A stretch of DNA of 64,000 nucleotides from Gemmatimonadota bacterium (GTDB taxonomy: Bacteria; Gemmatimonadota; Gemmatimonadetes; Gemmatimonadales; GWC2-71-9): contig QHUK01000010.1 of NCBI GenBank assembly GCA_003222085.1, forward strand, positions 3,688 through 67,687. Reading direction: 5' to 3'. Below, one piece after another: positions 42,671-50,859 of this stretch; the stretch's first letter is position 1; every line of letters begins with the position of its first letter. The notes below the pieces were generated by a model. That model ran no database searches and was not told the DNA's origin. It saw only the letters and a program-made list of their open reading frames with translations. A program made the translations under genes and the position numbers.

Positions 42671-44698
42671 TCAAGCCGACGGTTCGGCGAGCGCCATCCC
42701 GGGCTGCCACTCGGCGATGTAGCCGGCGATGGCCGACGCGGCGACGGTGTAGGGATTGGCGAGGTAGAGTAGTCCGGGCCCCGAGCGACCCGGGAAGTTG
42801 CGGTTGATCGCGCTGATCGTGACTTCGTCCTTGGTCTTTGAGACCCCGGGCCCCGCGTTGATGCACGCGCCGCAGGAGGGCTCGAGGAACGTGGCACCCA
42901 CCTTCCGGAACAGCTCCAGGTACCCCCGCTCCTCACAATACCGCTTCACGTCCTGCGACCCGCACTGGATGTAGAAGCGCACCCAGGGCGCCACGCGCTC
43001 GCCGCGCTCAGCCGCCTCCTCGAGGACGCGGGCGTACATATCCATGTCTTCCTTCTTGCCTGCGGTGCAGGAGCCGGCGTACGCGATGTCCACCCTCACC
43101 CGCTCCGCCGCCTCGGCGATATAGCGTCCATTCCCCGGATCGCCGGGCAGCGCGATCAGCGGTCGGATTGCGGCTGCGTCGATCTCGATCACTTCGCAAT
43201 ACTCCGCATCCGCATCGCTCGCGAGGCCCCGACACAGCCGCTCTGCCGCTGCGCGGGCCATCCCGCGGTACGCCATCAGGTACGCGACGGTCTTCTCGTC
43301 GGGAGCGACGTAGCCGGTGAAGCCGCCCACCTCGGCCGTCATGTTGGTCATAGTCGCGCGCTCGTCTACCGACAGCGACTCGACAGCATCACCACAGTAT
43401 TCCACCAGTTTCCCGATCGCGCGGCCGCTCTTCACGTACGGGTGGCGCAGGATCTCGAGCATGAAGTCCTTCGCCGTCACATTGTCGGGCTTCCTGCCGC
43501 GCACGACGACCTTGACGGTCTCGGGCACCGTGAGCCGCACGTCCTTCGTGATCCAGGAGTTGAAGACCGCCGTCGTGCCGACCCCGAAGGCGACGCACCC
43601 CACGGCGCCGGCATGCGGCGTGTGGGAGTCGCTGCCGATGATCACCATTCCCGGCTCGGCGTGTCCCTCGAGGATCTTGGAATGGCAAATCGCCTCGGAC
43701 CCGTGGTGGCCCAGCCGCAGCTCGCCGTACAGCCGGATCCCTTGCTTCTGCGCGAAGGCGCGCTGCTTCTTCTCCAGCTCGAGGGCGACGTCGAGCAGGC
43801 CCTCTTTCACGCGCTCGGGCGTCATGGCGTCGCCGAGGAAGGTGAGGTGATCGCGGAACATCAGGATCGAGCCCGGGTCGAGCACCTTCTCGTCCGGTCC
43901 CACGAGCTGCTCGAAAAAGATCGCCGCCATAGGGGTGACGTACTCGTGGCTGAACCGGACATCGGTGACCACGAACCCTTCGTCTCCCGGCTTGACCGCC
44001 GGGACGCCGATCGTCCCCTTGGAGGGATCCACGACCCAATGGCGGGCGATGATCTTCTCGCCGAGCGTCATGGGGCGAGGCGGGGTGGCAGGGGGTGAGA
44101 GCACGACGTTCCCCTGGAGTCGAGCCACGTTGAAGTTGAACAGCCCGCCGTACTCGATGATGCCGCGGGTGATCTCGCCTTCGCCCGCCGTGAACGCGCT
44201 CAGCGGGATCGTCTCGCCGCGCCGCACCCTGTCGATGATGGAGAAGTCCGTGGTGGTCAAGACGCCCAGGTTCTGACAGTTCTCCCGGTAGATGCGCTCG
44301 ATGTTCTGCGCGACCACGAGCTTGATCCCGGCGCACATCTCGGCGTAGGGAGACTGCTCACGCGACGAGCCCTTGCCCCGGCGCTGGCCGCTCACCGAGG
44401 CGACGAAGCCCGCGCGCTTCACCGCGCCGCGGGTGATGGGAAACTCGTCGCCGCATTTCAGCCCCAGGTAGGGAAAGTCGCCCAGGGTTTCGTCGTAGTA
44501 GTAGCAGATGTACGCGGGGGTGATTTCGTCGGTGGAGATGTTGTCGCGGAGCTTGGTTGCGGGCTGCCAGTCGATATCCTGCCCGTCGAGCTGTCGGCGC
44601 ACCAGCGCCGCGTCCTCCGTCAGAAACAGGATCCGCCCCCGGAGCATCACTTGATCCGGCAGCTTCTCGACGCGACGGGAGCGCAACGCAGCGAGCAT
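42671..44698 (-). CDS. Aconitase-family hydro-lyase with an N-terminal swivel (LeuD-like) domain fused to the LeuC-like catalytic domains
   Basis: The N-terminal part has 'NISTDEITP' and 'RRGKGSSREQSPYA...NIERIYRENCQNLGVL'. The rest has 'MTLGEKIIARHW', 'IGSDSHTPHAGAVG', 'YAGSCTAGK', 'CGACINAGPG' and 'AINRNFPGRSG'. The start at 44698 is chosen over 44809. Confidence 0.8.
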   Translation of the reverse strand: MLAALRSRRVEKLPDQVMLRGRILFLTEDAALVRRQLDGQDIDWQPATKLRDNISTDEITPAYICYYYDETLGDFPYLGLKCGDEFPITRGAVKRAGFVASVSGQRRGKGSSREQSPYAEMCAGIKLVVAQNIERIYRENCQNLGVLTTTDFSIIDRVRRGETIPLSAFTAGEGEITRGIIEYGGLFNFNVARLQGNVVLSPPATPPRPMTLGEKIIARHWVVDPSKGTIGVPAVKPGDEGFVVTDVRFSHEYVTPMAAIFFEQLVGPDEKVLDPGSILMFRDHLTFLGDAMTPERVKEGLLDVALELEKKQRAFAQKQGIRLYGELRLGHHGSEAICHSKILEGHAEPGMVIIGSDSHTPHAGAVGCVAFGVGTTAVFNSWITKDVRLTVPETVKVVVRGRKPDNVTAKDFMLEILRHPYVKSGRAIGKLVEYCGDAVESLSVDERATMTNMTAEVGGFTGYVAPDEKTVAYLMAYRGMARAAAERLCRGLASDADAEYCEVIEIDAAAIRPLIALPGDPGNGRYIAEAAERVRVDIAYAGSCTAGKKEDMDMYARVLEEAAERGERVAPWVRFYIQCGSQDVKRYCEERGYLELFRKVGATFLEPSCGACINAGPGVSKTKDEVTISAINRNFPGRSGPGLLYLANPYTVAASAIAGYIAEWQPGMALAEPSA

Positions 44699-44744
44699 CG
44701 GCCGAAAGATTACCCCTTGCCTAGTCCCGAGCAAGCGGATTTCC

Positions 44745-45620
44745 TTGGGGGCCGTGCTCCTCCTCCTCTTCACACTGCAAGGCATCCCCAGCGTCGCGCT
44801 GACGGCCACGTTTCACAGTCCGCGCGTGAGGGAGAGCTCGGGCATTGCCGTGAGCCGCGCGCACCGCGGCGTCCTGTGGACCCACAATGATTCGGGCGAT
44901 GATGCCTACGTGTACGCCACGGACCTCGCCGGCACGGATCGCGGCGTCGTCCGAATCCGCGGCGCCCGTGCGGTAGACTGGGAGGACATCGCTCTCGGCT
45001 CCTGCCCCACGCAGGAAGGTGCATGCCTCTACATCGCGGACACGGGCGATAACGACAGGACCCGCAAATCCGTAGTGATTTACGCCGTGCCCGAGCCCGA
45101 TCCGCCTGCCAGGGGCGGGGGTCCGGGGCGCTCCGCGGCGGCCGCGACGCTACGCCTCAGATACCCTGGGGGCCCAGATGACGTGGAGGCGATTTACGTC
45201 TCGCCTCGGGACAGCGCGCTCTACCTCGTGACCAAGGGACGCTCCGGTGTCATTCGATTGTACCGCGTATCGCGCCAGGCCTGGGGCGGCGACACGGTGG
45301 TCACCGCCACGCCGCTCCAGCAACTGCCGGTCGCTCCGTTCGCGCCCGTCGGGCGCCTCGTGACCGGCGCTGCGATTCGACCGGATGGCCGCCTGGTCGC
45401 GATCCGCACATACACCGAGATCTATACCTTCGTCCCCGGTGCGGGGGGGCTCCTGACCCCCAGCGGGTGGCCCGTGTGCAATGTCTCCGGGCTCGAGCCG
45501 CAGGGTGAGGCGATCGCTTTCCTCGACGACTCGACGTTCGTGCTCACAAGCGAAGCCGCCCCCACACGGCGCGGGCTCATCCACGCGGTGCGCTGCCCCA
45601 GCCGACTTCGAAAGGAGTGA
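44745..45620 (+). CDS. Hypothetical secreted protein (beta-propeller-like; 'WTHNDSGD' motif)
   Basis: It has an N-terminal hydrophobic signal, 'ESSGIAVSRAHRGVLWTHNDSGDD', and 'VDWEDIALG'. No confident family name can be given. Confidence 0.55.
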   Translation: MGAVLLLLFTLQGIPSVALTATFHSPRVRESSGIAVSRAHRGVLWTHNDSGDDAYVYATDLAGTDRGVVRIRGARAVDWEDIALGSCPTQEGACLYIADTGDNDRTRKSVVIYAVPEPDPPARGGGPGRSAAAATLRLRYPGGPDDVEAIYVSPRDSALYLVTKGRSGVIRLYRVSRQAWGGDTVVTATPLQQLPVAPFAPVGRLVTGAAIRPDGRLVAIRTYTEIYTFVPGAGGLLTPSGWPVCNVSGLEPQGEAIAFLDDSTFVLTSEAAPTRRGLIHAVRCPSRLRKE

Positions 45621-45626
45621 CCACAC

Positions 45627-47270
45627 GTGTCCCGGAAATGGTCGATCACCGTCGCGATGATATCCGTCGGCTGCGCCGGCGCGTCACGGCCCGGCGGCAC
45701 GCCGGCGACCCGCGCTGCCCCCCTCCCGGCCGTGAGCACCACGGCGATGGACGCCCACCTGAAATATCTGGCCGACGACCTGCTCGAGGGCCGCGCGCCT
45801 GCGACGCGCGGCGGCCTCCTGGCCGCGAGGTACATCGCGGCCCAATTCGAGGCGCTCGGCCTCGAGCCCGCGGCGAGGGACGGATCGTACTTCCAATCGG
45901 TGGCACTCGTCGGCATGACGCCGCACCCGTCCCTCGTGTTGGGCAAGGGCGGGGCGACCCGCCCGCTCACCTATCTCGACGATTTCGTAGCCTGGGCGGA
46001 GCGGCCGGAGCGTCATATCGTCGCCGACGGCGAGGTCGTGTTCGTCGGCTACGGCGTCGCAGCGGCGGAGTGGCGGTGGGACGATTACAAGGACATGGAC
46101 GTTCGCGGCAAAGTGCTCTTGATGCTCGTGAACGATCCCGGCCTCCAGGACTCGACCGTCTTCAACGGGCGGGCCCTGACCTACTACGGCCGCTGGACCT
46201 ACAAGCTCGAAGAAGCGGCGCGTCGTGGCGCGGTGGGCGCGATCCTGCTCCACACCGCCGAGAGCGCCACGTACGGATGGGACGTGGTGCGCGGGTCCTG
46301 GTCGGTGGAGCAATTCAAGCTCGACCAGCCGGTGGCGCAGAGCATCGCGTTCGCGGCGTGGGTGACCCACGACGCCGCGCAGGCCGCCCTCGCCCGGGCC
46401 GGCCTCAACCTCGACTCCTTGACGCGGGCGGCGGCGCACCGCGAGTTCCGTCCCGTCGCGACCGGGATCAACGTTGCGGTCGAGGTCACGAGCGCGCTGC
46501 GTCACGTCCGCTCGGAGAACGTCGTGGCGAGGATCCCCGGGAGCGACCCCGCGGTGGCCCGCCAGGCGGTGCTGTTCACGGCGCACTGGGATCACAAGGG
46601 GATCGGCCCGGTCGCGAACGGCGACTCGATTTACAACGGCGCGGAGGACAACGCGTCGGGCGTCGCGGCGATGCTCGGGGCCGCCGAGGCGCTGGTTCAG
46701 GTACAGCCCCGCCCCCGGCGCACGCTGCTGTTCGTGGCGACCACGGCCGAGGAGAGCGGCTTGCTCGGCAGCGAGGCGTACACGCGAGACCCGCTCGTCC
46801 CGCTGGACCAGACGGCGGCGGTGCTGAATCTCGATGTCGCCAACGTGCGGGGGGCGACGCGCGACATCGACGCCCTGGGCCTGGACCGGTCGACCTTGGG
46901 CGCCGCGTTCGAGGAGGCCGCTCGTGCCGAATCGCTGGCGGTGGTGCACGAGCCCGACGTGCGCGGCTCGTTCTACCGGTCGGACCACTTCCCGTTTTCC
47001 AGAGCGGGCGTGCCGGCGCTGTCGATCGAGCCCGGGAGGGACTTCGTCGGTCGACCCCCTGGCTGGGGCGAGCAGGAAGCCGCCCGCTACAACCGCGAGC
47101 GCTACCATCAGCCGAGCGACGAATACCGCCCGACGTTCAGCTACGCGGGGATGGCGCAGGAGGTACGAGTGGCGATGCGAGTCGCGCTGGCGGTCGCGAA
47201 CGCGCCGGCGCTGCCCGAGTGGCTGCCGAATTCAGAATTCCAGCGACCGAGCGGGCGGGCTCACCCCTGA
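45627..47270 (+). CDS. M28-family aminopeptidase with a PA domain (lipoprotein)
   Basis: It has the lipobox 'MISVGCAG', 'HLKYLADDLLEGR', 'FTAHWDHKG', 'NGAEDNASGVAAML', 'ATTAEESGLLGS' and 'RSDHFPFSRAGVPAL'. Confidence 0.85.
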   Translation: MSRKWSITVAMISVGCAGASRPGGTPATRAAPLPAVSTTAMDAHLKYLADDLLEGRAPATRGGLLAARYIAAQFEALGLEPAARDGSYFQSVALVGMTPHPSLVLGKGGATRPLTYLDDFVAWAERPERHIVADGEVVFVGYGVAAAEWRWDDYKDMDVRGKVLLMLVNDPGLQDSTVFNGRALTYYGRWTYKLEEAARRGAVGAILLHTAESATYGWDVVRGSWSVEQFKLDQPVAQSIAFAAWVTHDAAQAALARAGLNLDSLTRAAAHREFRPVATGINVAVEVTSALRHVRSENVVARIPGSDPAVARQAVLFTAHWDHKGIGPVANGDSIYNGAEDNASGVAAMLGAAEALVQVQPRPRRTLLFVATTAEESGLLGSEAYTRDPLVPLDQTAAVLNLDVANVRGATRDIDALGLDRSTLGAAFEEAARAESLAVVHEPDVRGSFYRSDHFPFSRAGVPALSIEPGRDFVGRPPGWGEQEAARYNRERYHQPSDEYRPTFSYAGMAQEVRVAMRVALAVANAPALPEWLPNSEFQRPSGRAHP

Positions 47271-47516
47271 GTGCAACACATTGCAGTAGACGTAAGATGC
47301 TGTGAATAACCAATATACAAATATTGGGAGAGTTGCTCGTGGGTGCCTCTGGCCGATTGGGAGGCACCCACATAAGTTTGCGCCCGCCTTGCGGCAGTCG
47401 CATCTCCCGCACTCCGGAGTGGGCACCTGGACCTCCCCACATCGCATCGGCTGCCGCTATCCTGGCTCGCGGAGGCAGCGAGCCCGCCGATCGTCTATCG
47501 AGCCTACAGCGAAGTC

Positions 47517-48566
47517 GTGCCGGAGGGCCAGCGGGATCCGGCGCGCCTCGAGGCGCTGCGCCAGTCTGTGTCGCAATACAAGGCGGCTCAGGCAATTGCT
47601 CGCAAGCAGAAGACCACGGGGCTGTGGGGGGGGAACCTGCTCGCGCCCGCGGCGTCCAAAGCGTACGGCTGGACCGATCCAGGCACGGTGTACCAGTACC
47701 GGCGCCTGCTCGAGCTGGGGTGGCCGCCATCGGAGCGGGTGTTTCGCAACGCCGACCGATTCCTGTTTCAGCTGCTGTCGCGCATCGAGCCAGACGATCC
47801 CGATCGCACGGTCGCCCAGCGGGCGCTCGAGCTGCTGGTCGAGTTCCAAAGGGCTGCCAAGACAGACCCCGGGCTGGGGCGCTGGGCGCGCCGTATGGGG
47901 CGCGAGGGAGCGGCCTGCGCACTGGCGCGTGGCGGGCACAGCGACGATCCGCGGGTGCGCGGCACGGCGCATACCATCGCCAGCAACATCTCGCAATACT
48001 TGCGCAGCGAGCTTGCCGCCAACCCCTTCAAGCGGGCGCAGGGGAGGACCGTGCTCGATCCCCATGCGTGCCCCCCGACCATCTTCGCCGTGGAGATGCT
48101 CGCATTCCTGCCCTCCGTACAGCGGGAGCGGGCCGGCTTCATCGAGCGGCTGGGGCACTACTTCTCCTCGCCCGCGCCACGACGGGCGTTTTTCATCCTC
48201 GCTGGCAAGAAGCTCCTGAAGCCGCTATTCGAGATCCTCGGCGACCCCCTGCGATCCGACGCCCAAGGCCACATCACCGACGTCCCGCTCGCGCTCTACT
48301 GGATCGAGCTTCTGGCTCGACTCGGTCTCGTACGCCAAATCCCGAGCGCCAGCCGCGTGCTGGCGCGGCTGTTCAATGAATGCGACGATCGGGGGATCTG
48401 GAGCCCAAAGAGCCTGCGCGCGATGCCTAAGGCGACGAGCCCCCTCACGGCTCACTACTTTCCGCTCGAGGGCCCGGGGAAGAGCCCGGCGCAACGGCAA
48501 ACAGACGCAACGTTCCGGCTCGGGCTCATCGCGCGGTTGCTGGGGATTCCGGTCGAAATCCTCTAG
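47517..48566 (+). CDS. Hypothetical protein
   Basis: The 349 aa ORF has coherent GC3-rich coding and no recognisable catalytic motif. 'TTGLWGGN' is faintly reminiscent of alpha/alpha-toroid repeat proteins. The start (GTG 47517 or an upstream CTG) is uncertain. Confidence 0.5.
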   Translation: MPEGQRDPARLEALRQSVSQYKAAQAIARKQKTTGLWGGNLLAPAASKAYGWTDPGTVYQYRRLLELGWPPSERVFRNADRFLFQLLSRIEPDDPDRTVAQRALELLVEFQRAAKTDPGLGRWARRMGREGAACALARGGHSDDPRVRGTAHTIASNISQYLRSELAANPFKRAQGRTVLDPHACPPTIFAVEMLAFLPSVQRERAGFIERLGHYFSSPAPRRAFFILAGKKLLKPLFEILGDPLRSDAQGHITDVPLALYWIELLARLGLVRQIPSASRVLARLFNECDDRGIWSPKSLRAMPKATSPLTAHYFPLEGPGKSPAQRQTDATFRLGLIARLLGIPVEIL

Positions 48567-48595
48567 GTTTCCCATTGCTTATGGGGACGTCTTTA

Positions 48596-48617
48596 CGTAG
48601 TAGTAATTACTACTACG
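48596..48617. promoter_or_regulatory. Perfect 22-bp palindrome, candidate operator
   Basis: The sequence cgtagtagtaattactactacg is its own reverse complement. It ends 3 nt before the ATG of the TrmB-family gene. Confidence 0.5.
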
Positions 48618-48620
48618 CAC

Positions 48621-49289
48621 ATGCCCATCGAGATCGATCTCACGCCTTTCGGGTTCACGGCCACTGAGTCCGAGGCGTACGCCGCGCTTCTCAGGCTCGG
48701 TCCCTCGACGGGCTACGCGGTCGCCCATGCCACGCGGGTGGCGCGCGCCAACACCTACGGTGCCCTGGAGGGTCTGGTAGGCCGCACCGCGGCGCTGCGG
48801 CTGCCGGGGCGTCCCGCCCGCTATCGGGCGACGGACCCTGCGGCACTGATCGTCCAGCTGGCGGCACAGCAGGGCGAGGCCCTCGACCGCCTCAGCCGGT
48901 CCCTGCGCGACGCCGCTGGTCCCGCCGAGCCGGAAACCCGGAGCGTCACGGGCGGGCGGGCCGTTGCCAACTTGATCATCCAGGTCGTCGCCCGGGCCGA
49001 ACGACGCGTGGAGGGCGTGCTCTCGGCCGAGCTGCTTCGCCCTACGCTGCCTGCCTGGCGCCGCGCCAAGGAACGCGCGGCACTCGAGCTGCGGGTCGCG
49101 GGGGACGTGCCCGCAGAAGCGAGCCCAATCCTCAGCGGGACCGTGTCGGCGGACGCACCCATCGTGCTGCTGATCGACGACGTGCAAACGCTGGTCGTGG
49201 CGGGGAGCGGCGAAACAGCCGCAGGGATGTGGAGTTCGCACCCGGCGGTCGCCGCCCTGGCCCGCGCGTGGATCCGGGGCCCCGCGTGA
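48621..49289 (+). CDS. TrmB-family transcriptional regulator
   Basis: The N-terminal winged HTH reads 'LTPFGFTATESEAYAALLRLGPSTGYAVAHATRVARANTYGALEGLV'. Confidence 0.7.
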   Translation: MPIEIDLTPFGFTATESEAYAALLRLGPSTGYAVAHATRVARANTYGALEGLVGRTAALRLPGRPARYRATDPAALIVQLAAQQGEALDRLSRSLRDAAGPAEPETRSVTGGRAVANLIIQVVARAERRVEGVLSAELLRPTLPAWRRAKERAALELRVAGDVPAEASPILSGTVSADAPIVLLIDDVQTLVVAGSGETAAGMWSSHPAVAALARAWIRGPA

Positions 49290-50221
49290 GGCGCCTGCTT
49301 CTGCTGCTCCTTTGCGCCGTCGGCGCATGCCGGGCCGCCGCCCTGCCGGAGGCTCAGCTGTTTCCCACCGGGACTCAGTTTACCGCCCGCTACCTCCGGG
49401 TCGAGGGGACGAGGATCCGCTACATCGACGCTGGGCGCGGCGCCCCAGTCGTCTTTCTACACGGCCTCGGCGCCTCGATGTACGCCTGGCGCAACAACCT
49501 CGGAGCCGTGGCCGCGGCGGGCTTTCGGGTGATCGCGTTCGACAACCGCGGATTCGGTCTGTCCGACAAGCCACCGGCCCCCTACGACAACGCCGCCTAT
49601 GCTCGCCTCGCGATCGCCTTCATGGACTCGCTCGGTCTCCCGGATGCTGTGCTCGTCGGGCACTCTATGGGCGGCGCGATTGCCGCGGAGGTCGCGATCG
49701 AGCATCCACAACGGGTGCGGGGGCTCGTACTGGTTGGCTCGGCCGGGCTGGGCACCCGCGAGCCGCTTCTGTTCCGGCTGGTCCGGTGGCCAGTGCTCGG
49801 ACCGGCAGTACTCGCGTTCCGCGGGCGAGGCCTCACCGCCCGTCTCCTCAAGTCCACGTATTTCGATCCTCGCAAGGTGACCGAGGCCGACGTGGATCAG
49901 TATTACGCCCCTGTCGCGCTGCCCGACTACGGACGGGCTCTCCGGGGTGCGCTCCGGCAGTTCCGCTTCGACGATCTCGGCGGCCGGCTCGATCGCATCG
50001 CGGCTCCGACTCTGGTGCTGTGGGGGGAAGAGGACCGCTGGGCGCCTCTGGGACTGGGCCGTGCCCTCGCGGGCGGAATCACCCGCTCCGCCTTCCTCAG
50101 CGTGCCGCACGCTGGCCACTCGGTCCAGGAGGAGGCGCCAGACGAAGTGAACCACCTCTTCATCGCGTTCCTGAGGGACGGCCTGCCACGGATCCCCGCG
50201 GATCTGGCGCTCGCGCGGTAG
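49286..50221 (+). CDS. Alpha/beta-fold hydrolase (secreted or lipoprotein)
   Basis: It has 'PVVFLHGLGASMYAW', the nucleophile elbow 'GHSMGGAIA', and a C-terminal 'HAGHSVQEE'. The GTG at 49286 overlaps the TrmB stop (GTGA) and gives the signal peptide 'RRLLLLLLCAVGAC'. Confidence 0.85.
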   Translation: MRRLLLLLLCAVGACRAAALPEAQLFPTGTQFTARYLRVEGTRIRYIDAGRGAPVVFLHGLGASMYAWRNNLGAVAAAGFRVIAFDNRGFGLSDKPPAPYDNAAYARLAIAFMDSLGLPDAVLVGHSMGGAIAAEVAIEHPQRVRGLVLVGSAGLGTREPLLFRLVRWPVLGPAVLAFRGRGLTARLLKSTYFDPRKVTEADVDQYYAPVALPDYGRALRGALRQFRFDDLGGRLDRIAAPTLVLWGEEDRWAPLGLGRALAGGITRSAFLSVPHAGHSVQEEAPDEVNHLFIAFLRDGLPRIPADLALAR

Positions 50222-50233
50222 TCGCCTATATTT

Positions 50234-50251
50234 CTCAACCGGCCGGTTGAG
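50234..50251. promoter_or_regulatory. Perfect 18-bp palindrome, candidate TetR operator
   Basis: ctcaaccggccggttgag lies between a TATATT box (50226-50231) and the TetR ATG (50262). Confidence 0.5.
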
Positions 50252-50261
50252 GAATCATCAC

Positions 50262-50855
50262 ATGAAGCCTAAGCTCAGCAATTCCAGTGCATTGCGGATC
50301 ATCGCCGCGGCCCGCGAGGAGTTCTCGCGCCGCGGTTTCGACGGGGCGCGAGTCGAACAGATCGCGCGTCGGGCGGGAGTGAACAAGCAGTTGCTCTTTT
50401 ACTATTTCCACTCCAAGCGTGGCTTGTTCACCGCCGTGCTCGCGCGTGGTGCGGCTGAGCTCGAACAGGCACTGGCCGGCCCGCCGACCGGGGGCGAGCG
50501 CCCGCTGGACCGGATCCGCCTGGCACTCGGCGCGCAATTCGACTTCCTCGCTGCGCACCCTGACCTCGTGACGTTACTCACCCAGGCCGGCCGCTCCGAC
50601 GCGCGCCCCTTCGCGCCCGCGATCAAGCGGCTGGTCGTGCTCCTCGCCGAGGGCCAGGGGCGCGGGCAGGTGCGGGACGATCTCGACCCACATCTTGCGG
50701 CCGCCCAGGCGCTCGTGCTCATGGTGGCCTATCTCGGTCTCGAGTCGCTCATCGCGATGAGCGCGGCCCCGCTCGGCGCCGACGAGCCGGCGCTCCGCGA
50801 GCGCTGGAAAGAGGCTGCGGTGAGGCTGGTGCTGGATGGCGTGGCGGCGCACTGA
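50262..50855 (+). CDS. TetR/AcrR-family transcriptional regulator
   Basis: It has the HTH 'AAREEFSRRGFDGARVEQIARRAGVNKQLLFYYFHSKRGLF'. The ATG at 50262 is preceded by GAGGA. Confidence 0.85.
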   Translation: MKPKLSNSSALRIIAAAREEFSRRGFDGARVEQIARRAGVNKQLLFYYFHSKRGLFTAVLARGAAELEQALAGPPTGGERPLDRIRLALGAQFDFLAAHPDLVTLLTQAGRSDARPFAPAIKRLVVLLAEGQGRGQVRDDLDPHLAAAQALVLMVAYLGLESLIAMSAAPLGADEPALRERWKEAAVRLVLDGVAAH

Positions 50856-50859
50856 TGCC

